Source of the DNA: Actinobacteria bacterium UBA7524 | Lineage (GTDB): Bacteria; Actinomycetota; Coriobacteriia; Anaerosomatales; UBA912 | Direction: 5' to 3' | DNA length: 55,744 nucleotides | Assembly (NCBI GenBank): GCA_002478275.1 | Contig: DLMY01000007.1 | Span: 1-55,744 of the forward strand | Part shown: positions 48,456-55,744 of the stretch, in pieces | Layout: each line of letters starts with the position of its first letter | How positions within the stretch are numbered: the stretch's first letter is position 1 | Notes under the pieces: model-generated | Seen by the model: only the letters and a program-made list of their open reading frames with translations | Database searches by the model: none | What the model was told of the DNA's origin: nothing | Made by a program: the position numbers and the translations under genes

Positions 48456-51281
48456 TCAGCGCGCCTTCACCCTGATCGGCACGCTGGTGTAGCCCGGTGC
48501 TTTGACTTGCACAAGACAGTCTGTCTTGCCTATTCCAGAGGGTACGCGGCACCGGATACGTGCATCCGTCCATTGCGAGTACTCCGTCGCCGGAATCCCA
48601 TTGAATGTTACGACCGTAGGCCCTTGGGCCGGACCGAAGTTGATGCCATCAACGAAGGTCCAATCTCCCGGCTTGACCGTTGAGGCGGAGATCTTGGTTA
48701 TCCGGCATCCGACCGCACATGTTGTGGATGCGGTGCCGCCCTCGGTGGTGATCGTGACAGTTCGCATTCCGGGTGGGGTCTTGGGGACCGTGACGCGCAG
48801 AGTCGAATCGTCGACAACCGTGAAGTCGGCGAGTATGGGCGGCGCTTCTGCGCCGGTCAGCAAGACGGAGGCCGTATCCCAGGAGAAGCCGCTGCCTTTG
48901 ACCATGACGGTCTCTCCCGGAAGTGCGGACTGCGGTATCAGCTCATCGATGACCGGTGCCGGCACGAACGTGAAGCCAAGCGGCATAGTCGGGCCGGCAT
49001 CCGTGTGGACGACGACATCGACGGCTCCTGCAGGCAAGCCGGCAGGGACCACCGCGGTGATAGACGAGTCCGTCCACTGCAGCACCGCGGCGGGCTCCTC
49101 GCCAAAGTCGATGCTGCCACCGGCCGCCTCGGCGCTCGGACCGAAGTTCGTGCCCTCGATGATGACCTCCGTGCCCGAAGGACCACGTGCTGGTGAGAGC
49201 GATGTGGCCTCGCAGGTGACGGTGAACTGCGTGAGGGGGCTGGGTCCGTGCCCGATATCAAGACCGACGTCGTAGGTGCCGGGGGTGAGCTTAGGTACCA
49301 GGAACGTCATCTGGTTCCATTGCCTGTTGATCGGCTCGACGTATACACCGTTCTGGCCCATGCGCGAGACGATGATCCCTTCGGCGAGCCACAACCCGTC
49401 GCCTGTCATCGTCACCAGCGTGCCAGGAAGACCTGACTGCGTATCGAGCTGAAGATTCTGCGGTCTCCACGGGTCCGGGTGGCATGAGTAGCATGAGTCC
49501 ACCGCTCTCAGTGTGTCAGAACCGACAGAAGGTTGGTGGCATGGTTCGCATCGCAAGTCGCCGTACGAGATGATGTCGATCAAGTTGGGGGCGTGGCATC
49601 GAGCACATTCGCTGGTGAAGTCGTGCGCCTGGTAACCGATGGTGTCGAACGCGACACTAGCGGTGCCCGAATCCGTCACCACCCATGCCGTGTAGTGTTT
49701 GCCGAACGGCAACGTGATGAGCCCCTCTGAGCCAGCGTCGGAGGCGATGAGTGCCCCGCTACCGGCGTCCGCGACTCCCCAGCCTGTCATCTCGTCGTTC
49801 GCGCATGCAATCCGTGTATTCGCGTCGGTTCCGAGGAACGACTCGATCTGCGCGGAGACGTCGAGCTGTAGATTCGGTGTATGGCATTTGTCACACGGTG
49901 CGGTCGTGGGGCAGGGCGGTCCGAGCACGGTGAACGCAGGCGCTGGGACGGTCTGCCAGCCGATCACTACCTCCAGGGAGTAAGTGCCTGACGGGAGCTC
50001 AGGTACCTGGAACGTGAACTCGTAGTCACTCTTGACCGTGCAGGGCACGGTGGCCGTTCCGTTGGGACCCGATAACGTCACGGATACTGCCCCGAGCAGC
50101 CAATTGCCCGATGCGGTCACTACCTCGCCCGGGTAGCCACTCTCTGGATCGATGGAGTTGACGCCCCACGTCCCGTGGATGGAGTGGCAAGCCCGGCAGT
50201 CGATGTTCCTGGCCTCCATGGCCTCTATCACACTCGGGATGTTCGACTTGTGACACCAGTCGCACTCGGAGTGATGGGTGATCTGGACGTTGCTGCCATG
50301 ACAGTACACACAGGCGCTTGAGGGCGCGATGTGCGAGAACGGTGAGGTGACTGTCACTGAAGCCTCGGCGCGAGTACCGAACGAATCCAGGAGTACCAGC
50401 GTGTACACTCCTGGCGTCAGTTGAGCGATCGTGACCTGCATGCACGTGTCGGATTCGATCAGGCATTCGGCTGCGGTCTCCTCGGCTGCCGAGGACACGA
50501 AGAACACATCTGTGACCTGAGTGAGTCTGCTCCCGGTGATCTCGATGATCTGACCGACGCTGGCGGGGGAGGGCTGTATCGCCTCGATGGTGTGTGGGGT
50601 CAGTGGCGGCATCGGTCCATCGCCGTGACAGCCGGAGCACGCCTCGGAACTGGAGTTATGTCCCGCGATAGCGTGCAGGTGCTCGGCCGAATGACATCTC
50701 TGACACGCTCTGATTGGCGCGGGGTCGCCGAACGAGTGACACCACAGACATCTGGTGCTGTCCGGGAAGCTGAACGAATGGTGCGTGTCCGTCGGGTTGA
50801 GCACAGGATGGGGTTGGGCCGATGTATCGGCAATATGGCAGCCCCGGCATCGGTTGACTGTCGGAGTCCGATCGGTCGTCGGGCCGCTGGGCACTGCCGA
50901 GTTGAACGTTCCTATGAGGTCGGAAGAGTGACATCCGGCACCGGCACATTGTGGAGTGGAGGAGAGAGCCGCATCGTGGCGAGCGATCGTGTTGTGGCAT
51001 CCCGCTGTGACGCAGTTGCTCTCGATGGTGGCGAGGTAGTGTCCATCGACGAGAGTGATGTTGTGACAATCGGCGCATGGCAGTCCGAGTGCATGGTGAA
51101 GATCCGCGGAGGCTACCCCGAGGTGGCAGTTGGTGCACGTTGCGTTCTGCCCGTCCGGTCCGGCTTGATAGGCGTAGTCATACTTGCCGACCTGCTGTGG
51201 AACCGCCCCAAAGGCCGAGCCGACTCCAGTGATCAGGAGTAGCAGACAAACGGAAAGCAGCACACATAAGCGTACTCTCAT
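48456..51281 (-). CDS. secreted multiheme cytochrome c (13 CxxCH + 2 Cx4CH) with six IPT/TIG-like domains; N-terminal octaheme domain OmcZ-like
   Basis: Signal peptide MRVRLCVLLSVCLLLLITGVGSAFG. Heme motifs: CTNCH, CADCH, CVTAGCH, CAGAGCH, CRGCH, CLWCH, CQRCH, CSGCH, CVYCH, CDWCH, CRACH, CDKCH, CARCH, CEPCH, CYSCH. Repeats of the form I..i.P.sg.pG..v.i.G.nf. Confidence 0.9.
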   Translation of the reverse strand: MRVRLCVLLSVCLLLLITGVGSAFGAVPQQVGKYDYAYQAGPDGQNATCTNCHLGVASADLHHALGLPCADCHNITLVDGHYLATIESNCVTAGCHNTIARHDAALSSTPQCAGAGCHSSDLIGTFNSAVPSGPTTDRTPTVNRCRGCHIADTSAQPHPVLNPTDTHHSFSFPDSTRCLWCHSFGDPAPIRACQRCHSAEHLHAIAGHNSSSEACSGCHGDGPMPPLTPHTIEAIQPSPASVGQIIEITGSRLTQVTDVFFVSSAAEETAAECLIESDTCMQVTIAQLTPGVYTLVLLDSFGTRAEASVTVTSPFSHIAPSSACVYCHGSNVQITHHSECDWCHKSNIPSVIEAMEARNIDCRACHSIHGTWGVNSIDPESGYPGEVVTASGNWLLGAVSVTLSGPNGTATVPCTVKSDYEFTFQVPELPSGTYSLEVVIGWQTVPAPAFTVLGPPCPTTAPCDKCHTPNLQLDVSAQIESFLGTDANTRIACANDEMTGWGVADAGSGALIASDAGSEGLITLPFGKHYTAWVVTDSGTASVAFDTIGYQAHDFTSECARCHAPNLIDIISYGDLRCEPCHQPSVGSDTLRAVDSCYSCHPDPWRPQNLQLDTQSGLPGTLVTMTGDGLWLAEGIIVSRMGQNGVYVEPINRQWNQMTFLVPKLTPGTYDVGLDIGHGPSPLTQFTVTCEATSLSPARGPSGTEVIIEGTNFGPSAEAAGGSIDFGEEPAAVLQWTDSSITAVVPAGLPAGAVDVVVHTDAGPTMPLGFTFVPAPVIDELIPQSALPGETVMVKGSGFSWDTASVLLTGAEAPPILADFTVVDDSTLRVTVPKTPPGMRTVTITTEGGTASTTCAVGCRITKISASTVKPGDWTFVDGINFGPAQGPTVVTFNGIPATEYSQWTDARIRCRVPSGIGKTDCLVQVKAPGYTSVPIRVKAR

Positions 51282-51318
51282 GGTCCCCCCCACGGTCTTA
51301 TGAGTTCTTTCGACAGGA

Positions 51319-51327
51319 ATGGTAACA
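51319..51327 (-). promoter_or_regulatory. extended -10 promoter of the cytochrome gene
   Basis: Minus-strand TGtTACCAT about 38 nt upstream of the ATG. Confidence 0.45.
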
Positions 51328-51386
51328 CTTTGCCGTGAGGGAGAGGGTGTCTGGTGAATGTGGGTGCTCTCCGTCCCCCAGCACCC

Positions 51387-51415
51387 TTGCGTCGAACCCT
51401 GACGAGCCGTACTAT
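51387..51415 (+). promoter_or_regulatory. tRNA promoter
   Basis: TTGCGT-N17-TACTAT. Confidence 0.55.
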
Positions 51416-51455
51416 ACTGCCTTGCCGCCAAGTGCTTTCGGGCCAGCGGCGGAAA

Positions 51456-51532
<77 letters not shown>

Positions 51533-51572
51533 GCACACAACAGGGCACGTGATGCGTGTTCCTGACGAAGTG

Positions 51573-51601
51573 ACGGGACGGCCAAGCGGCCGTCCCGTTT
51601 C
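51573..51601 (+). terminator. terminator downstream of tRNA-Pro
   Basis: ACGGGACGGCC-aagc-GGCCGTCCCGT followed by TTC. Confidence 0.7.
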
Positions 51602-51619
51602 GCGTTCCGGCACCCATGT

Positions 51620-51666
51620 TTGCACGAGGCTGAATCGGCGGTTAGTATACTGAACATGTGTTCAGT
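51620..51666 (+). promoter_or_regulatory. tetR promoter (probably leaderless) with a palindromic operator
   Basis: TTGCAC-N17-TAGTAT, ATG 7 nt downstream; ACTGAACA-tg-TGTTCAGT at 51649-51666. Confidence 0.65.
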
Positions 51667-52321
51667 GAAGCGCCGAGACGATCGGACTGCAGCCGCGCGC
51701 ATCCGCGATGCGGCCGTTGAGTTGTTCGGCCGTGAGGGATTCCACAAGGCGACCGTCCGCGACATCGCTAAGGACGCCGGGGTCTCGCCGGCCCTCGTGC
51801 TGCATCACTACGGCTCGAAGTCGGGGCTTCGCGACGCGTGCGATGAATGGGTCGTCGAGGAGTTCGCGCGCGCAAGGACCGAAATGGTCGAGTCGGGAAC
51901 TTCCACCGACCCGTTCGCGGCGATGGCCTTGATCCAGGGCGAGGAAGTGCGGATGGCATACCTCCTGAGATCGCTTCGCGAGGGAACGCCAGCGGCCGGA
52001 CGCCTCTTCGACGGTCTGGTGGAGCACTCCCTTCGCATGATGGAGCAGGGAGTGCGAACAGGCGAACTGCGGCCGAGCCGGAACCTTCACGATCAAGCCG
52101 TGTTGCTGGTTGCATGGCAGTTCGGTGGGCTGCTGCTGCAGGGCGATGTCGCGCGCGCCTTCGGGACCGAGCTGAACTCCCGTGAGATGAAGGAGCGCTA
52201 TATCCGCGCCGTTCTCGAAGTGATGACGCACGGTGTGTTCTCCGACAGTCGCTACGAAGACGCCTGGAACGAACTTGAACCGACCGAAAGCGTAAGTGAA
52301 GGAGCGATGGAGCATGACTGA
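51656..52321 (+). CDS. TetR/AcrR family transcriptional regulator
   Basis: ARIRDAAVELFGREGF..ATVRDIAKDAGVSPALVLHHYGSK helix-turn-helix. Confidence 0.93.
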   Translation: MCSVKRRDDRTAAARIRDAAVELFGREGFHKATVRDIAKDAGVSPALVLHHYGSKSGLRDACDEWVVEEFARARTEMVESGTSTDPFAAMALIQGEEVRMAYLLRSLREGTPAAGRLFDGLVEHSLRMMEQGVRTGELRPSRNLHDQAVLLVAWQFGGLLLQGDVARAFGTELNSREMKERYIRAVLEVMTHGVFSDSRYEDAWNELEPTESVSEGAMEHD

Positions 52322-53237
52322 CATCATTCAGACCGTCGATCTTGAGAAGAGCTTCGGCAAGGTGCGGGCGCTGGACGGGCTCACTCTCAGTGTTCAGCAG
52401 GGCGAGGTACATGGCTTCCTTGGTCCCAACGGTGCCGGCAAGACCACTACGATCCGGGTTCTGCTCGGACTGCTCAGGGCCGATGCAGGCAAGGCGACGC
52501 TTTTCGGGCGCGATCCATGGGATGATGCAGTCGCGTTGCATCGTCGGCTGGCCTACGTGCCCGGCGATGTCGAGCTGTGGCCGAACCTCACGGGTGGTGA
52601 GGCGATAGATCTCCTCGGCAGACTCAGGGGGGATGCCGAAAAGTCACGCCGGGACACTCTGATCGAACGCTTCGGTCTGGACCCGACGAAGAAGGGCCGC
52701 ACGTACTCGAAGGGCAATCGGCAGAAGGTGGCACTCATCGCCGCCCTGGCCTCGAAGGCCGGGCTGCTCCTGCTGGACGAGCCGACCGCCGGTCTGGATC
52801 CACTGATGGAGGCGATCTTCCAGGAGGTCATCCGCGACATGAAGGCGGAGGGTCGCACGGTGCTTCTGTCGAGTCACATCCTCGCACAGGTCGAGGTACT
52901 TGCCGATCGGATCTCCATCATCCGTCAGGGCAAGATCGTCGAGACCGGTTCGCTGCGGGACTTGCGGCATCTGACCCGTACCACGTTCATGGTCGAGACG
53001 GCACAGCCTGCCGACGCGATCGCGCAGATGCCCGGTGTCCACCATTTCGAGGTTGCAGACGGGCAGGTTCGCTTCGACGTGGACTCCGAGCATCTCGATG
53101 CGGTCGTGCGTCATCTCTCGGGGCTGGGCGTGCAGGCCATGTCCTCTCGACCCCCGACACTGGAGCAGCTGTTGTTGCGCCATTACGGCGATCAGATCGT
53201 CCCCGAAGCCGAGGAGAGCGTGGGGGTGGCACGATGA
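52314..53237 (+). CDS. ABC-2 type exporter ATP-binding protein (TnrB2/tetronasin-resistance-like)
   Basis: GPNGAGKTT, YSKGNRQK, LLDEPT and SSH. Confidence 0.92.
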   Translation: MTDIIQTVDLEKSFGKVRALDGLTLSVQQGEVHGFLGPNGAGKTTTIRVLLGLLRADAGKATLFGRDPWDDAVALHRRLAYVPGDVELWPNLTGGEAIDLLGRLRGDAEKSRRDTLIERFGLDPTKKGRTYSKGNRQKVALIAALASKAGLLLLDEPTAGLDPLMEAIFQEVIRDMKAEGRTVLLSSHILAQVEVLADRISIIRQGKIVETGSLRDLRHLTRTTFMVETAQPADAIAQMPGVHHFEVADGQVRFDVDSEHLDAVVRHLSGLGVQAMSSRPPTLEQLLLRHYGDQIVPEAEESVGVAR

Positions 53238-54994
53238 GTGCCGCAGCAGCGGACGGTCGCGTACACACCCTGACAGGCACGTGGCAGCTTGTGAGGCTGA
53301 TGCTGCGCCGCGACCGCGTCAAGCTGCCATCCTGGATCCTGGGTGGCACCATCTTCTGGGCGTACTACACCCAGGCCCCCCAGCGCGCCTACCCGTCCGC
53401 GGAGGACCTGCAAAGCATCGTGACGATGGCGAGCGTGCCGACGGGTCGAATGTGGTTCGGGCCGACCTACTTTCTGGACAACGTGAGTCATGCGACCTTC
53501 ATTCCCGCAGGTTACGGACTCTATCAGCTGCTCTTCGTCGCCCTTATGAGCATCCTGCTCGTCATCCGCCACACTCGGGTCGAGGAACAGACCGGTCGCT
53601 CCGAGCTCGTGCGCGCCAATGCGGTAGGTCGCCATGCACCCCTCACCGCTGCACTGCTGGTCGCCGTCATGGCGAACGGCGTGTTGGCTGTACTGTCGGC
53701 GTTGATCATGATCGCCGACCCGATATTCGCGACTGAAGGCTCGCTGCTCTTCGCCGCAGGATGCTTCGCCACGGGGATGGCCTTCGCGGGACTCACCGCG
53801 ATCGTCGTTCAACTGACCGAGTACTCCCGCACCGCAACGAGTCTCGCTGCCGGAGGGGGCCTCGGGGTGGCTTTCGTGCTCAGAGCGCTCGGAGACATGG
53901 CGGACCCGCATGGGAGCTTCGTCTCCTGGCTTTCGCCGCTCGCCTGGGCACAGCAGACTGCTCCCTTTGTACTGGATCGCTGGTGGCCGCTCGCGGTCGC
54001 GCTCGCGTTCACGGTCGCAACGGCGATCGCAGGATACGCGCTCTCGACTCGTCGAGACGTCGGAGCGGGCATGCTCGCGGTTCGACGTGGGAAGGCGCGG
54101 GCAGTGGGATGGTTGGGCTCTCCGCTCGGTCTCGCCTGGCGTCTTGAACGGAAGGCTATCACGTGGTGGGCGGTGAGCATGTTCGTTGCGGGGGTGTCGA
54201 TGGGGGCGTTCGCTGATGCCAGCATAGACATGCCCGACATCATCGTGGATGCGATGGGCGGTGCGGAGAACATCGTCGCGGGCTACCTCGCCTACATGGG
54301 CGTCTTCATGGCGACGATCATCGCGATCTACGGGGTGCTTGCCATGCAGGGCATCAGTTCGGAGGAAACAGGTGGTCGTGGTGAGCCGTTGCTGGCGACC
54401 GGAGTCAGCCGCTGGGCGTGGCTCGGATCGAACATCGCGGTGGGCTCGTTCGGGGTGCTGGCCGTGATGGGTGCCACGGGGTTGGGCATGGGCATGGGCG
54501 CTGCATCCGTTGGCGCCGGGAACGATCTGGTCTGGGACACGACCGTGGCGTATCTGAATCACGTCCCAAGTATCCTGGTCGTAGTGGGTGCATCGGCGTT
54601 GTTGTTCGGGTTGGCGCCACGGTGGCAGGGCCTTGCGTGGGTAGTCGTCGGGTACGGCTTCGTCGTGGGCTCCTTCGGTCCCGTGCTGGGGTGNNNNNNN
54701 NNNNNNNNNNNNNNNNNNNNNNNNNNNNNNNNNNNNNNNNNNNNNNNNNNNNNNNNNNNNNNNNNNNNNNNNNNNNNNNNNNNNNNNNNNNNNNNNNNNN
54801 NNNNNNNNNNNNCCTTCGGTCCCGTGCTGGGGTGGCCCGACTGGCTCTTCGAGTTGTCACCTTTCGAGCACGCGGCCCGGATGCCGGTGGAACCGTTCGA
54901 CGCTTGGCCGGTCATCATCTTGTCAGCGATCGCGGTGATGCTCGCCGCTGTCGGTCTCGTCACTTTCAGGAGGCGAGATATCAGGTCGGTGTAG
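53234..54994 (+). CDS. ABC-2 type exporter permease (TnrB3-like), spans an N-gap
   Basis: LRRDR, RHTRVEEQTGRSEL, SPLAW, EETGGRGEPLLA, SPF and FRRRD; many TMs. Confidence 0.88.
   Translation: MSAAAADGRVHTLTGTWQLVRLMLRRDRVKLPSWILGGTIFWAYYTQAPQRAYPSAEDLQSIVTMASVPTGRMWFGPTYFLDNVSHATFIPAGYGLYQLLFVALMSILLVIRHTRVEEQTGRSELVRANAVGRHAPLTAALLVAVMANGVLAVLSALIMIADPIFATEGSLLFAAGCFATGMAFAGLTAIVVQLTEYSRTATSLAAGGGLGVAFVLRALGDMADPHGSFVSWLSPLAWAQQTAPFVLDRWWPLAVALAFTVATAIAGYALSTRRDVGAGMLAVRRGKARAVGWLGSPLGLAWRLERKAITWWAVSMFVAGVSMGAFADASIDMPDIIVDAMGGAENIVAGYLAYMGVFMATIIAIYGVLAMQGISSEETGGRGEPLLATGVSRWAWLGSNIAVGSFGVLAVMGATGLGMGMGAASVGAGNDLVWDTTVAYLNHVPSILVVVGASALLFGLAPRWQGLAWVVVGYGFVVGSFGPVLGXXXXXXXXXXXXXXXXXXXXXXXXXXXXXXXXXXXXXXXXXFGPVLGWPDWLFELSPFEHAARMPVEPFDAWPVIILSAIAVMLAAVGLVTFRRRDIRSV
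54694..54812. other. assembly gap (119 N)
   Basis: Run of N flanked by a duplicated 22-mer CCTTCGGTCCCGTGCTGGGGTG. Confidence 0.97.
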
Positions 54995-55072
54995 CCGAGG
55001 TTCGGACCGACACCCCTGCTTTGGGGCATATACCACCGTGAATCGCATACGTCGTTCTCGAAGGAGGGGCTG

Positions 55073-55687
55073 GTGTCAGGACGGGGTGACGAGCAGGTCC
55101 GGGCAGTTGAATCAGGTCGCGAGCACGAGCAGGACGTCTGGACGGTCGCCAACATCATCACCGTGCTGCGTCTGGTTCTCGTTCCGTTCTGCTTTGCCGT
55201 GCTCATCTCCAACCGCTCGGACGTACTGGCCTTCGCTCTGTACGCCGGGGCGGCCGGCACCGACTGGATCGACGGTCAGATAGCGCGGCGCACCGGTACG
55301 GTCACGAACATCGGCAAGGTCATCGATCCACTCGTCGACAGGCTGCTATTGGCGTCCGGGGTCGGTGGACTCTACCTCATCGGCCGCCTTCCGCTGTGGA
55401 TGCTCGTCGTCCTGGTCGCGCGCGATGTCTACCTGCTGTGGGGCGCCTACCGGCTCGAGCGCCATCGGCTCAGGATGCCGGTCACGTTCTCCGGCAAGAC
55501 CACGACCGCCGTGCTGCTGGCCGCATTCTCGTTCCTGATCCTGAACTGGCCGGTGATGACGATCGGGTCGACCGAAGTACCGTTCGGTCTCGCACTCGCC
55601 TACGTCGGCACCGGCCTGTCGCTGGTCACGGCGGTGCAGTACACCATCCTTGCCCGGCGCATGGTTGCCGGGGATGTGAGAAAGTAG
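55073..55687 (+). CDS. CDP-alcohol phosphatidyltransferase (PgsA/cardiolipin synthase-like)
   Basis: ANIITVLR and TDWIDGQIARR...GKVIDPLVDR signature. Confidence 0.9.
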   Translation: MSGRGDEQVRAVESGREHEQDVWTVANIITVLRLVLVPFCFAVLISNRSDVLAFALYAGAAGTDWIDGQIARRTGTVTNIGKVIDPLVDRLLLASGVGGLYLIGRLPLWMLVVLVARDVYLLWGAYRLERHRLRMPVTFSGKTTTAVLLAAFSFLILNWPVMTIGSTEVPFGLALAYVGTGLSLVTAVQYTILARRMVAGDVRK

Positions 55688-55744
55688 TGTCCTGACGAGT
55701 GGTCGAAGGGGGTAGATCGCTATAAAGGCAGTGATCATGGCGGG

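Noticed and set aside
51282..51390. GEMM (c-di-GMP/cGAMP) riboswitch upstream of the cytochrome (GGCAAA...GAAA on the minus strand)
   Set aside because: The GACGCAAA-P2 segment and the pairing pattern are missing, and a plausible -10 box sits in the middle.
55688..55744. Start of a further gene (ATG near 55737)
   Set aside because: Too little sequence to support a call.

Overview
High-GC chromosomal window from an anaerobic actinobacterium. The likely lineage is Coriobacteriia (possibly OPB41/Anaerosomatales-like), inferred from mIHF, korAB, CW_binding_2 repeats and a multiheme cytochrome. The backbone follows a Bacillus-like order: pgeF-yggS-sepF-proC-yggT-divIVA-(T-box)ileS-dksA-like-lspA-rluD, then a PyrR-attenuated pyr operon, mIHF-gmk-rpoZ and coaBC. 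Four accessory blocks interrupt it: (1) pstSCAB-phoU; (2) a P-type ATPase; (3) three sensor/receiver genes plus a cell-wall-anchored subtilase; (4) thiI, a DUF3524 glycosyltransferase, rubrerythrin-like, PfpI, an alpha-oxoamine synthase, GGDEF-HD-GYP and korAB. The window ends with tRNA-Pro(GGG), a TetR-ABC exporter and a CDP-alcohol phosphatidyltransferase. The top candidate for a new system is a secreted 15-heme cytochrome c (48456-51281, minus strand). Its N-terminal octaheme domain resembles the Geobacter nanowire protein OmcZ (comparison from memory, needs alignment) and is followed by extra heme modules interleaved with six IPT/TIG-like domains. The second candidate is a GTDC1/QTMAN-like glycosyltransferase translationally coupled to thiI. 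No mobile elements or CRISPR arrays were seen. Both N-gaps look like collapsible scaffolding artefacts.
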